NCBI RefSeq assembly: GCF_964194155.1
Contig: NC_135916.1
Coordinates: 1,054,001 to 1,118,000, forward strand
DNA length: 64,000 bases
From: Cetorhinus maximus
Taxonomy: Eukaryota
Reading direction: 5' to 3'
Below the pieces are notes generated by a model. The model did not search any database, was not told the DNA's origin, and saw only the letters and a program-made list of their open reading frames with translations. The translations under genes and the position numbers were made by a program. Numbering within the stretch: the first letter of the stretch is position 1; each line of letters begins with the position of its first letter. Shown piece by piece: positions 24,989 to 38,921 of the stretch.

Positions 24989-25480
24989 TTGCATGAATCA
25001 GCAGCTATACTTGGAATATGCATTACAGGTTTGAGGGGAGAAAATCCCAATAGTTTACAATTGCAGCTTCCTCAGGTTCTGTCTCCCTCAGCAGGGCCAC
25101 ACACAGCCCCAGAAAGGCCTCTCCCCGTCCACCCGCTCACTCCAAGTTCCGGAACACGTTCGCGCTCCGCTCCGCCTCTTACAAACAGCCCCCGGTTCCC
25201 CCTGAACTTACCCCGAGTCAATGATGATTTCTGTGTCCACACTGACAAACCGGCGCCCTGCTGGAATCAGAACGCTGTTTACTCGCTTACCCGGGCCCTA
25301 AGATTTCCATTTCTATCTGTTTGAAACAAAGGTCTCCCGCTCACTGAGTGAAAAGCCCTCAAAGTTCAATTCTTGGGAGAAATGAGGGGCGCATGCGCTC
25401 TTCCAGCCATGTCTGAGAAAACTGAGGGCAGCAATGCGCAAGCGCTTCCCTGGAACAGACGTCACAGATAAGACGTCATT
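24989..25480 (-). promoter_or_regulatory. Second copy of conserved NRF1 promoter/first-exon-like element
   Basis: GCGCATGCGC 25389-25398, GACGTCA x2, donors at 25290 and 25211. Confidence 0.55.
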
Positions 25481-25659
25481 TGCTCCGCCCCTCAGTCAAT
25501 GTTCTCCAGCTTGAGCATCACAATGGGGCTGTGTTGAACGGGCAGAGTTTCAGGCAGGTAGACGATTCCTGAATGAAGCTCAAACTGATATCGCTCCCTG
25601 CAGCATCTTAGCTGTTCATTCACCGGTTTAGCAAATCAATCCGCCCAGTGAATCTATGT

Positions 25660-28148
25660 CAAAAAAAAAACAGAATTACCTGGAAAAACTCAGCAAGTCT
25701 GGCAGCATCGGCGGAGAAGAAATCAGTTAACGTTTCGAGCCGTCTCAATTTCTCTGCTCCTCTCACCCATTCTAATCTGTCTCTCTCTGAACTCACTGCA
25801 CTCCGTTCTCTCAGGTCCAACCCCAACATTGTCATCAAACCCGCTGACAAAGGTGGTACTGTTGTTGTCTTGCGCATGGACCTCTACCTCGCGGAGGCTG
25901 AGCGTCAACTCGCAGACGTTTCCTCCTACCTCTCCCTGGACCATGACCCCACCACAGAACATCAAGCCATTGTTTCCAGGACTGTCACTGACCTCATCTC
26001 CTCTGGAGATCTTCCTCCCACAGCTTCCAACTTGATAGTCGCCCAACCTCGGATGGCCTGCTTCTACCTCCTACCCAATATCCACAAACAGAACTGTCCT
26101 GGCAGACCGATCGTGTCAGCCTGTTCCTGCCCCACGGAACTCATTTCTCGTTATCTTGACTCCCTTCTCTCTCCCCTTGTCCAGTCCCTTCCCACCTACA
26201 TCCGTGATTCCTCTGACACCTTACGTCACATCAACAATTTCCAGTTCCCTGACCCCAACCGCTTCCTCTTCACCATGGATGTCCAATCCCTCTACACCTC
26301 CATCCCCCACCAGGATGGTCTGAGGGCCCTCAGCTTCTTCCTTGAACAGAGGCCCCAACAATCCCCATCCACCACTACTCTCCTCCGTCTGGCTGAACTT
26401 GTTCTCACACTGATCAATTTCTCCTTTAACTCCTCTCACTTCCTCCAAATAAAAGGTGTGGCTATGGGTACCCGCATGGGCCCCAGCTATGCCTGTCTCT
26501 TTATGGGGTATGTGGAACATTCCTTGTTCCAGTCCTACTCCGGCCCCCTCCCACAACTCTTTCTCCGGTACATCGATGATTACTTCGGTGCTGCTTCAAG
26601 CTTTCGTCAGGACCTGGAAAAATTTATTAATTTTGCTTACAATCTCCACCCCTCCATCATCTTCACATGGTCCATCTCTGACACTTCTCTTCCCTTCCTT
26701 GACCTCTGTCTCAATTTCTGATGATAGACTGTCCACCAATATCCATTACAAGCCTACCGACTCCCACAGCTACCTCGACTACAGCTCCTCACACCCCGCT
26801 TCCTGTAAAGACTCCATCCCATTCTCTCAGTTCCTTCGCCTCCGTCGCATCTGTTCTGATGACGCTACCTTCAAATACAGCTCCTCTGACATGTCCTCCT
26901 TCTTCCTTAACCGAGGTTTTCCATCCACGGTCGTTGACAGGGCCCTCAACCGTGTCCGGCCCATATCCCGTGCATCCTCCCTCACGCCTTCTCCTCCTTC
27001 CCAGAAACATGATAGGGTCCCCCTTGTCCTCACTTATCACCCCACCAGCCTCCGCATTCAAAGGATCATCCTCCGCCATTTCCGCCAACTCCATCATGAT
27101 GCCACCACCAAACACATCTTCCCTTCACCCCCCTTGACGGCATTCCGTAGGGATCGTTCCCTCCGGGAACCCTGGTCCACTCCTCCATCACCCCCTACTC
27201 CTCAACCCCCACTTATGGCACCTCCCCATGCCCACGCAGAAGATGCAACACCTGCCCCTTCACTTCCTCTCTCCTCACCGTCCAAGGGCCCAAACACTCC
27301 TTTCAAGTGAAGCAGCATTTCACTTGCATTTCCCCTAACTTAGTCTACTGCATTTGTTGCTCCCAATGCGGTCTCCTCTACATTGGAGAGACCAAACGCA
27401 AACTGGGCGACCGTTTTGCGGAACAACTGCGGTCTGTCCGCAAGAAAGACCCAAACCTCCCTGTCGCTTGCCATTTCAACACTCCACCCTGTTCTCTTGC
27501 CAACATGTCTGTCCTTGGCTTGCTGCATTGTTCCAGTGAAGCCCAACGCAAACTGGAGGAACAGCACCTCATCTTCCGACTAGGCACTTTACAGCCCACT
27601 GGTCTGAATATTGAATTCAACAACTTTAGATCTTAAACTCCCCCTCCCCCCATCCCCACCCCGTTTCTTTTCCCCCCCCCACCCGCTTTTTTTTTCAATA
27701 ATTTATATAGATTCTTCTTTCCCCACCTATTTCCATTATTTTTAAATCTAAAACTAAAACCTTTAGTCTTTCCACCCCACCCCCACTAGAGCTGTACTTT
27801 GAATATCCTGTTTTCCATTCTTAATTAGCACTTTTCTCAGACAAAGAACTCCACCTTCAACACCTCTTTGATCCTTTTGTCTGTGACATCTTTTGATTAT
27901 CTGCTCACACCACACCCTCAATGTGTCTCTTTCACCCCCCCCACCCCACCCCCCACCCACCTTAAACCAATTTATATTTCTCCCTTGTTGAAACTATGCT
28001 GCAGTTCTGCCGAAGGGCCATGAAAGCTCGAAACGTTAACTGATTTCTTCTCCGCCGATGCTGCCAGACTTGCTGAGTTTTTCCAGGTAATTCTGTTTTT
28101 GTTTTGGATTTCCAGCATCCGCAGTAGCTTTTAGCTTTTTGTTTTTAT
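25660..28148 (+). mobile_element. Penelope-like retroelement (RT + GIY-YIG, Neptune-like), 5'-truncated, frameshifted
   Basis: RT motifs (IKPADKGG, MDVQSLYTSIPH, GVAMGT, YIDD), Cys linker CPRRRCNTC, VYCICC...YIGET; 14-bp TSD cagtgaatctatgt at 25646-25659 and 28149-28162; 75-bp inverted pLTR piece. Confidence 0.93.
28002..28042 (+). ncRNA. Minimal hammerhead-like motif in Penelope pLTR
   Basis: CAGTT-CTGCCGA-a-GGGC...GCTC-GAAA-CGTT-AACTG. Confidence 0.55.
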
Positions 28149-28984
28149 CAGTGAATCTATGTGTTTGCTGTGACCAGGCAGAAGTTAATGTCTGGTCTTA
28201 AAAGTCACTCTTTAATATAATCAGTTTGAACCTCTCAGTCACTGAGTGTCAATTCGAACATTTTGTGTCCAAAGTTTAAAGAGAGCTCCAGAGGTTATGG
28301 ATCATTACATTTCGGATACTATTCACCTCACCCACTGGCATTACTTCTGTTTGTGTGATAGAAATGTGTCTGCCTTTGGCCCAGTAATAGCTGGAGCTGA
28401 ATCACGTCATCTCTCACCTCTGTGGGTCTGTCAGTTTTAAATTAGTTTTCCCTATCAGGTTCAGAATCTTCGGTGTTTCAAAAAGGAAACCTCTCAATCT
28501 TCTAAGTTCCAATGATTAAAAGTTCAACTTGTTTATGATTCCCTCATCAGCCCACAGCATCATTTCAGGAATCTAGTCAGGAAAATTCACTGAATAATTT
28601 CAATATAATTATATCCCTCTCTGGTTCTAAAAGATGTTTGGGACAAAATTATTAATTATCATATTTTTATAATCTTTTGAAATAATTATAAAATGTATGC
28701 CTCTATCCGATGATAGATGCGAGGGCCACTCATTGCTATATTGACACGTGGTAGCAATAGAGAGAGCGATTTCTCTGTTTCTCCCTCCCTTGCTCCGTTT
28801 ATCTCCTTCACTCTTGCTCCCTCCCCCCTCCCCTATCTCGCGACTTCTGTTACTAATGTTAATGATAGGTCAATATACACTGGCAATGTGAACACTCGCC
28901 CCGTGTTATGAGTCAGAATGTCACTGTTCCTTCTCCTCTCGGAAATTCAGGCCTGACATTTGATCTGATTACTAAATTGATTTC

Positions 28985-29120
28985 ACCCGAAGGAGAGTCA
29001 CACTGACTCGAAAAGTTAACTCTGTCTTCCTCTCCACAGAGGCTCTCAGACCTGCTGAGTTTTTCCAGCTATTTTTGTTTTTGTTTCAGATTTCCAACGC
29101 CTTCCGTATTTTACTTTTAT
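28985..29120 (+). mobile_element. Degenerate pLTR/SINE-like Penelope fragment
   Basis: gactcgaaaagttaac...agacctgctgagtttttccagc...tttcagatttcca. Confidence 0.7.
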
Positions 29121-29397
29121 TTCATCGGATCATCTCCAAACAAAAATCAAAACAAACTCTGAAAACACCTTTCATTTTCAGGAACGTGACTATGCACGTC
29201 TTTGTGTTCATATATAACTGGCCCACTCTGGTTGTTGAGGTAGGGGTACATTGCAAACTGTGAAATTGTGACCTGTCAGTTCAGGAGGAGCAACATAAAC
29301 AGGGAAGTCTGGAGGGACCAGTTGCAGTAAATTTGTATTGTCACCAGAAATAAACATCTTGATGTGAGCTTTTCAGATAATAGCGTGAAATGACATA

Positions 29398-30288
29398 TCA
29401 CAGAATCACACAAAGTGCAGAAGAGGCCCTTCGGCCCATCGAGTCTGCACTGACACGTGAGAAACACCTGACCTACCTACTTAATCACATTTACCAGCAC
29501 ATAGCCCATAGGCCTGAATGTTATGACTTGCCAAGTGCTCATCCAGGCACTTTTAAAAGGATGTGAGGCAACCCGCCACGACCACCCTCCAAGGCAGCGC
29601 ATTCCAGACCGTCACCACCCTCTGGGTTAAAAAAGTTATTCCTCACAGTCGCCATGAACCACCTGCCCCTCACCTTGAACTTATACCCCCTTGTGACTGA
29701 CCCTTCAACTAAGGGGAACACCTGCTCCCTATCCATACTGTCTATGTCCCTAATAATCTTGTACACCTCGATCAGGTCGCCCATCAGCCCTCTCTGCTCC
29801 AACGTAAACAACACAAGAGAATCCAACCTCTTTTCATAACCTAAATGTTTCATACCAGGCCACATCCTGGTGAATCTCCTCTGCACCACCTCCAGTGCAA
29901 TCACATCCTTCATATAATGTGGCCACCAGATTGTACTCCAGCTGTAGCCTCACCAAGGCTCTATACAACTCCAACATGACCTCCCTACTTTTGTAATCTA
30001 TGCCTCGATTTATTAAGGCAAGTGTCTCATGTGCCTTTCCCCCACCCCACTAACATGCCCCTCCACCTTCAGAGATCTAGGGACACACACGCCAAGGTCC
30101 CTTTGTTCCTCAGATCTTCCTAGTGTCATGCCGTTCATTGAATACTTCCTTGTCAAATTACTCCTTCCATAGTGTATCACCTCACAGTTTTCAGGGTAAA
30201 ACTCCATCTGCCACTTATCTGCCAGTTGACCATCCCGTCTATATCTTCCTGTAGCCCAACCCACTCAACCTCGCCGTTAAACACCAAT
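29398..30288 (-). mobile_element. CR1 LINE 3' fragment (same subfamily as 18929)
   Basis: ALEVVQRRFTRM...GDLIEVYKII; ADKWQMEF. Confidence 0.9.
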
Positions 30289-31008
30289 TTGCGAATGAGA
30301 CCATCTACGGCTCCCATGCCTCAGAGAGCTAAACGTTCGCTGAGTTTACAATCGACAATATTCTTCATAGAAAAGGGAGCAAAGTACGAAAAAGAGGAGG
30401 AATTCACGCCTGAGAGATTCACATTATTGACCGTTGTTGCCTGTAAACATGTACATCTGAACATTGTGTAAGAGAGTGTTGGAACTGGGCGGGCGAGTCA
30501 GAGGAATGAAACTGTGTTTCCGTGTCCGTTCTGATCATGAGATTTCCGAGTTCTGCTTGCCTAAACTAAAAATATTTTATATTCAAAAGTTCCCTCTTTT
30601 CCCCAGCTTGACGCCAAAGTGAGATTTAAAGGCAATTTCTTTGTTGTTATCTAGATTTCAGTCGATAAGTAGAGGACATGTCAGAGATCGGGTGAAGGAG
30701 CCGCAGTAAATCCGGTTTTAATCGAAATTCGAGTCTTCAGTTCGCGTCAAATCTTTTCAACAGCGAACATTACAATGTCAGAGATAAGAAGGATTCAGTC
30801 TGGGACACTGGAGAGCCGGAATTTCCATGGAATTGGGGAGTTTGTGAGGAGAGAAAAACACAGAGAGGCAGCAGCAGCCTGGAGCTGACAGCAGCCTGTC
30901 TCCGCCCCGTCCGCTCGCTGCCTTTAAGTTGCTCAGTGCCGCCACCAGCGGCTTCATTTCTGAGCCCGTTCAGATCGACAGAGACACTTTTGTGCAGAGT
31001 CCCGGAAC

Positions 31009-31665
31009 ATGACCGATACTGCAGCCGCCGAAACGGCTCCTCCAGCCGCTCCCGCCGCCCAAGTCAAGACTCCCAAGAAGAAGAAGAAGGCGGCTCCCCG
31101 GAGCAGTGCAGCCGGTCCCAAGCTGGGCGAGCAGATCCTCAAGGTTGTGGCGGATTGCAGCGATCGCAAGGGGATGTCGCTGCCCGCGATCAAGAAGGCG
31201 CTGCGCGGCAAAGGGATGGATGTGGAGAAACTGGGCTCCCAGATCAAGCAAAGCATCAAGAGGAATGTGAAGAATGGCTTCCTGGTTCAGGTCAAGGGCA
31301 CGGGCGCCTCGGGCTCCTTCAAAGTCCCTAAGAACACAACCCCGGGGAAAGTGGGAAAGAAGGCGAAGGCAGCAGCTGGCAAGAAATCTCCAGTGAAGAA
31401 AGCGGCAGCCAAGAAGGTGACAGCAAAGAAAGCAGCGGCCAAGAAGACTCCAGTCAAGAAAGCAACGGCCAAGAAGACTCCAGTCAAGAAAGCAGCGGCC
31501 AAGAAATCCCCAGCGAAGAAAGCAGCGGCCAAGAAACCAGCCAAGAAGGCGGCAACTCCCAAAAAGCCGGTGAAGAAAGCAGCCCCCAAGAAAAAGTCTC
31601 CGGCCAAGAAGGTGACGGGCGTCAAAAAAGTGGTGATCGGGAGGGCCAAGCCCAAAACGAGATAA
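31009..31665 (+). CDS. H1: Linker histone H1 (218 aa)
   Basis: Near-identical to 12252..12908; stem-loop at 31723. Confidence 0.97.
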   Translation: MTDTAAAETAPPAAPAAQVKTPKKKKKAAPRSSAAGPKLGEQILKVVADCSDRKGMSLPAIKKALRGKGMDVEKLGSQIKQSIKRNVKNGFLVQVKGTGASGSFKVPKNTTPGKVGKKAKAAAGKKSPVKKAAAKKVTAKKAAAKKTPVKKATAKKTPVKKAAAKKSPAKKAAAKKPAKKAATPKKPVKKAAPKKKSPAKKVTGVKKVVIGRAKPKTR

Positions 31666-31722
31666 GCAAAGACAGGAAAGAAGGGAAAGATCCCGAGCAA
31701 ATTGTAAACCTCTAAACCCAAA

Positions 31723-31738
31723 GGCTCTTTTCAGAGCC
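31723..31738 (+). terminator. Histone 3' stem-loop (H1)
   Basis: GGCTCTTTTCAGAGCC. Confidence 0.95.
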
Positions 31739-32184
31739 ACCCACATTTCACATGAAAGAGCTGATCCCCTGATCATTTGATCCCTGTCTCGGGGCTGGGA
31801 GCTGATTTCAGATGGAAATGTTTCTTTATCCTCCCATGTAAATCCTATTTTCCCGCTCACTCACTGACACACTCTCCACCCGTCCCCTCCCGCACTGTGC
31901 AATAAGACACAGGGATATCCTTACAGCTCCCTAAACGGGATGTGTCTGAGTGCATTCAATGTTTATCTTCGTTCCTTTATTCACATTTTCAGGGTCTGCA
32001 ATGGAGTGATAATGGAGTAAAACCCCGTCTCACAACTAATAACCATACCTTTATATTTTCTCTAATTCTGTTGGATGAGGTGTCAAGCGAATTTCCCTAT
32101 CCCATTTGGGGGTGTGGAAGGAAGGGTGAGGCTTGAGTCTAGAGATTTGTGTGTATAGAATATTACAAGGATTGAAATAGAAGC

Positions 32185-32615
32185 AAAAACAAAAACAAAA
32201 ATACCTGGAAAAACTCAGCAGGTCTGACAGCATGGGCGGAGAGGAACACAGTTTACGTTTCGAGTCCTCATGACCCTTCAACAGAACTAAGTAAAAGTAG
32301 AAAAGGGGTGAAATATAAGCTGGTTTAAGGGAGGGGGGTGGGACAAGAAGAGTTAGGTAGAGGGCCAGTGATAGGTGGAGATAACCAAATGATGTCCCAG
32401 ACAACAGGACAAAGAGGTGTTGAAGGTGGTGATATTATCTAAAGGAATGTGCTAATTAAGGGTAGAAAGCAGGACAAGCAAGGTGCAGATAGCCCTAGTG
32501 GGGGTGGGGGTGGAGTGAACGAATCGAAACAGGCTAAAAGGTAGAGATAAAACAATGGATATAAATACATTTAAGAATATTGGAAATATGTGGGGAAAGA
32601 AAAATCTATATACAT
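32185..32615 (-). mobile_element. Penelope 3'UTR/pLTR fragment in H1-H4 spacer
   Basis: Reverse-complement similarity to 27700-28100; absent from the paralogous spacer at 35620-35765. Confidence 0.8.
32249..32289 (-). ncRNA. Minimal hammerhead-like motif
   Basis: Reverse complement AGTT-CTGTTGA-a-GGGTC(atgag)GACTC-GAAA-CGTA-AACT. Confidence 0.55.
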
Positions 32616-32838
32616 TATTGGATAAATAACTGCGTTTATGGCAGGCAGGAGGAGGAGCTGATTTACCAAAGACCTTGTTCTGACTGGTACTCAGTGTCTC
32701 CCGCCCCGTCTCTCACACACACAAACACACACACACTCTGTTTCTCTCTCTCTCTCCCTTCCTCAGTCAGGTCGGGGCGGGCTCTATAAAAGCGGAACGT
32801 GAAGCAGCTCCCCACTCATTCAGCAGCGATTTGACTGA

Positions 32839-33159
<321 letters not shown>

Positions 33160-33192
33160 ACAAATCGACCCGACTCTCTAACAAAACCCAAA

Positions 33193-33208
33193 GGCTCTTC
33201 TAAGAGCC
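33193..33208 (+). terminator. Histone 3' stem-loop (H4)
   Basis: GGCTCTTCTAAGAGCC. Confidence 0.93.
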
Positions 33209-34654
33209 GCCCACAACCTCACATTGAGAGCAGTGACTTCTGAAGGGGGAGAGGGGAAAATAAATCTTTGTATTTTCTTATTAAGAGGCACTGCTTTGCC
33301 ACCAATGCATCCTCTTTTCACAATACCATCGTGAGTTTCAAAAATACCTTGGTTTAATTTAGATCTGTTTTCACGAATTACCGTCCTTTCTACCCGACGA
33401 CCACGGCTCTACCCAATGTAATGTCGAATTTCATCAGGAGAAACTATTCTTAAACCTTTTATTCCCCCTTCGACGCTCTAATTTTAATTTTTTTCCCCAT
33501 CGGTTTCTGTTCCTGGGTCTTTGACGCATGACAGGACCTGGGAGGTACCAGCTTTATATGGATCAGCCTGTATCGATTCAGCATGTCTGAACAGAGCTTT
33601 ATCCTGGCCTGCCTCTGAACAATCAGATAAAGAATCCGAATTCAAGACGGGTTATAAGGCAGACATTGACTGTCTCTTGCTGCCGATTATATTCAGAGCA
33701 TATTTTACAGCCGGCATGAATCAGACCAATATCGATTTACAGACTTGAAAAGTAAAACTACCCTTAATCACCTCTATTCTGCAACACGGGCCGAACAGAA
33801 GGTTTGAACAGATAGATGTTTGATGGCCGCCCAGGACACGATGGACTTTTTCTATGTTGTACAACTTTATTTCTCTATCAGAAGGGAAAACTCTGCTTTT
33901 GGCGCTCGGTTTGGACTATACTAAACATGCATTTCTGAATAATTGTGGAAGAGAGTTTGAATGAAAGTGGGGTATTGGATAAATCCATTAAATTGAGTCC
34001 ACCGGGCAAGGGCACATGGTTGTGATGTACAGTCAAAGGCCAAATGTTATTCAAACCCAACAAATAATGAAGCCGGAATGAGAGAGGGATGCAGTTTCCG
34101 CCAGTTCATTTTACCTATTACAATAATTAGAACATAATCGTTCATCAATGTAAATTTCGACAGATACACGGTTTACATAAACGGTCTGCAAGCCCCCCTC
34201 CCCCATAAAGACCCCACCGCGCACCCATTCACCAGCAGAAACAGGAACCACACCATTTTCTCTTAAACATCTATAGCGCGTTGACATGAATAAACCGAGT
34301 CGGTTGATGAGGTTTCTGTGTGAGTGCCAAAATTTCCCCCATCAATAGGAGTTTTATTCCAGCCTGTTGCAAACCGATCAGGGAATGAATGAGAATTTAA
34401 TCCACGTTCCAAAGCAGGAAGTCGGAGCTGGGACCGAAATGGGACTTGCAAACATTGAGATATTATGATATTTCTACTTTGAGATTTATTTTATCTGCCT
34501 TCAAACTAGGTTTATTTCAATGTCAGTTACTCGTCCCTCTGAAATTGGCGGGCATTTTGAAATTGATGAACTGTCAGTTGCTGCTCCACCAATCAGGGCC
34601 CAGAAATCCATGCAGCCCGCTGCTCTTTTCAAAGTTCTCGGCGGGATTCCTTCT

Positions 34655-35119
34655 TATAAATCCTTCTTATCTCTAACACTGTAATGTTCGCTGTCGAAAA
34701 TATTTCACGCGAATTGAAGACTCCCATTTCGATTTAAACCTGATTTTCTGCGGCTCCTTCACCCGATCTCTGACATGTCCTCTACTCTTAGACTGAAATA
34801 TCGAGAACAACAAAGAAATTGTCTTGAAATCTCACTTTGGGGTTAAGCTGGGGAGCAGGGGGTGTATTCCTTTGGAAAATATTTTTATCTTACCCAAGCG
34901 GGGCTCGGAAATTTCCTGATCAGAACGGACACACAAACACAGTTTCATTCCTCTGACTCTCCCGCCCACTTCAAACACTCTCTTACACAATGTTCACATT
35001 TAGAGGTTCATTGGCAACAAGATGAACAATTGTAAATGTCTCGGTAGAGATTTCCTTCTCTTTTCGATCTTTGCTCCGGTTTCTATTTATTTGCTAACAT
35101 TAAACACTCTGAGGCATTG
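34655..35119 (-). other. Inverted copy of H1 upstream region
   Basis: Reverse complement of ~11557-12038. Confidence 0.9.
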
Positions 35120-35205
35120 GAAGAAGGGAAAGATCCCGAGCAAATTGTAAACCTCTAAACTCAAAGGTTCTTCTCAGAGCCACCCACATTTCACATGAAA
35201 GAATT
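35120..35205 (+). pseudogene. Orphan H1 3' end with decaying stem-loop (CDS deleted)
   Basis: Matches H1 3'UTR (aagaagggaaagatcccgagc...); stem-loop GGTTCTTCTCAGAGCC at 35166 and HDE both mutated. Confidence 0.88.
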
Positions 35206-35952
35206 GATGCCCTGATTATTTGATCCGTGTCTCGGAGCTGGGAGCTGATTTCAGATGGAAATGTTTCGTTTTCCTCCCACGTAAATCCTATTTTCCCGCT
35301 CACTCACTGACACACTCTCCACCCGTCCCCTCCCGCACTGTGCAATAAGACACAGGGATATCCTTACAGCTCCCTAACCGGAATGTGTCCCAGTGCATTC
35401 AAAGTTTATCTTTTCTTTATTCACATTTTCAGGGTGAGAGTCTGCAATGGAGTAAAACCCCGCCTCACAACTAATACCCATACCAGTATATTTTATCTTA
35501 TTTTGTTGGATGAGGTGTCAGCGAATTTCTCAATCCCTTTTGGCGGTGTGGAGGGAAGGGTGAGGCGTGAGTCTAGAGATGTGTGAGTATAGAATTTTAC
35601 AAGGATTGAAATAGAAGCAGGCATCTGACTCTTTATAGAAAGTGTAGTATTGAGGGGGGAATATTGCCGACAGTATTGATTTTAATACGATTTTCTAAAT
35701 AGCTGGTTTATGATGTTGGCGTGTTTAAGTTACTTTAACAGCTTTCTGTTCAGCTCTCTTCAAAATTTGATAAATAAATGCGTTTTTGGCAGGCAGGAGG
35801 TGGAGCTGGTTTACCAAAGACGTTAGTTGTGTCTGTCACTCGGTCTCTTCGCCCCGCCTCTCTCTCTCTCCCTTCCTCAGTCAGGTCGGGGCGGGCTGTA
35901 TAAAAGCGGAACGTGAAGCAGCTCCCCACTCATTCAGCAGCGATTTGACTGA

Positions 35953-36273
<321 letters not shown>

Positions 36274-36306
36274 ACAAATCGACCCGACTCTCTAACAAAA
36301 CCCAAA

Positions 36307-36322
36307 GGCTCTTCTAAGAGCC
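36307..36322 (+). terminator. Histone 3' stem-loop (H4)
   Basis: GGCTCTTCTAAGAGCC. Confidence 0.93.
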
Positions 36323-37549
36323 GCCCACAACCTCACATTGAGAGCAGTGACCTCAGAGCAGGAGAGGAAAAGCGATATGTAGTTTTATATAAACACAGCG
36401 TTTCCATCTGCGCATTCTCCATTAACAATATAATCGTGAGTCACACAAAATTCATGGTTTAATTTAGTTCGGTTTTCAGGAATTCACTTCCTTTATACTT
36501 GCCGAATCTCGATTCAAAGCTTGACTGAGGAACACGACAGCTCCCAAACTAACACCGAGTTCACAAGATAAAGGCCATCATTTATTACACTTTAATCAGG
36601 AGTAACTATTTTGAGACACATCATTCTCGCTTCTTCGCCCCATTATCACCCTGTCTTCTTTCTTCGCATCTGTTCCTGGGTCGTTGAGACATGACAGGGT
36701 CTGGGAGGTACCAGTATACCAGCTTTAAATGGATCAGCCTGTATCCATGCTGCATGTTGTCTGGTTCCTGGGAGCACTGAACAGATTTATTCTGGCCTGT
36801 ATCAGGGCGATCAATGAAATAACCCAAATTTAAACGGGAATGTAAGGCGAATATTGAGAGGCTGATTGAAAAATCTGACTACACTTAATCACCTCGATTC
36901 TGCAACCCAGGACGGACTGAAGGGTGATGTGGAAGATCTGATTTTGGTGCATGGTTTGCACTGCGAAGATGCATTTACGCACATTGTGGAAGATAGTTCA
37001 AATATATAAACTTAGATATTAACTTGATTTACAGAATGGGTGCGCAATCCGCCCACCCACATCGCCTCCCCCAGCCATAAAACACTAGAAACAAGAGCCA
37101 AGCCATTCTCTCTATAACATCTATAGGGCTTTGACCTGAATAAACCGATAATGTTGATCAGTTTTAAATGTGAGACCCAAAATTTCGCCCATCAATAGGA
37201 GTTTGATTCCAGCCTACTGTAAGCCGATCAGGGAATGAATGAGAATTTAGTCCGTGTTCGAAAGCAGGAAGTCGGAGCGGGGACCGAAATGAGGCTCGCA
37301 AACATTGAGACCTTGTGATATTTGTCCATTCAGATTGATTTTATCTGTCTTCAAACTAGGTTTATTTTAATGTCAGTTACTCGTTCCTCTGAAATTGGCG
37401 GGCATTTTGAAATTGATGAACTGTCAGTTTCTGCTCCACCAATCAGGGCCCAGAAATCCATGCAGCCCGCTGCTCTTTTCAAATTTCTCGGCGGGATTGC
37501 GCTGCATCCAATCAGGACAGGAGGGAGGTGACGGACATGTCTTAAATAG

Positions 37550-38017
<468 letters not shown>

Positions 38018-38059
38018 ACTCACCCTACCCGACTCTAGACTTACACCGAGAACCACAAA

Positions 38060-38075
38060 GGCTCTTTTAAGAGCC
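38060..38075 (+). terminator. Histone 3' stem-loop (H3)
   Basis: GGCTCTTTTAAGAGCC. Confidence 0.95.
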
Positions 38076-38481
38076 AACAAGTCGGTCAGAGAAAGAGCTG
38101 CGATCCCTTGTTAAAAACTCCAGCACCTAAAACCCTCAAACCTACAATTTATTTTCTTTCCTTCTGTTTACCCGTTTCCCTCCCTCTGATGCATTTGGGG
38201 TTATGAGGTGATTCCGTTTATATTTGTTTGTAATTTTACATCATTTAATTGGAAATGGGATGATTTAATTATTCAAGAACGTTTCCCTGAACATTGTCAA
38301 TTGGTCATATTTAGATGCAGCACAGACTCCTCATGTCTGGAAAAGGCAACAGCACCAGCGTCTCGTTGTAAGCAGCGCTTTCACAGATCGCATTAGAAAT
38401 ATAATGTCATTCCGAATCGATAGGGATGTTATTGCACATGCGGATAGACAACAGGTCGCCCCTTTCACTGATTAAGTGAGT

Positions 38482-38497
38482 GGCTCTGAAAAGAGCC
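38482..38497 (-). terminator. Histone 3' stem-loop (H2A)
   Basis: Reverse complement GGCTCTTTTCAGAGCC. Confidence 0.95.
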
Positions 38498-38527
38498 TTT
38501 GGGTTCTCAGTTTAAAGAATGGTGGCT

Positions 38528-38921
38528 TCACTTGGTCTTGGTGGCTGCAGAGGCGCCGGTTTTCTTGGGCAGCAGCACGGCCTGGATATTAGGCAGCACC
38601 CCGCCCTGAGCGATGGTCACCCCTCCCAGCAGCTTGTTGAGCTCCTCGTCGTTGCGGACGGCCAGCTGCAGGTGCCTGGGGATGATGCGGGTCTTCTTGT
38701 TGTCCCGGGCCGCGTTGCCGGCCAGCTCGAGGATTTCAGCCGTCAGATACTCCAGCACGGCGGCCAGATAGACCGGGGCTCCGGCACCCACTACGCTCAG
38801 CGTAGTTCCCCTTCCTCAGCAGCCTGTGAACGCGGCCCACCGGGAACTGCAGTCCGGCCCGGGAGGAGCGAGACCTGGCCTTGGACCGAACTTTCCCACC
38901 GGTCTTTCCTCTTCCAGACAT
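38528..38921 (-). pseudogene. H2A: Histone H2A with 1-bp insertion frameshift (pseudogene or assembly error)
   Basis: 394 bp vs 393 bp in the 57736 copy; extra base at 38792 (cccacTacgctc vs cccacacgctc); split into two ORFs; promoter and stem-loop intact. Confidence 0.88.
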
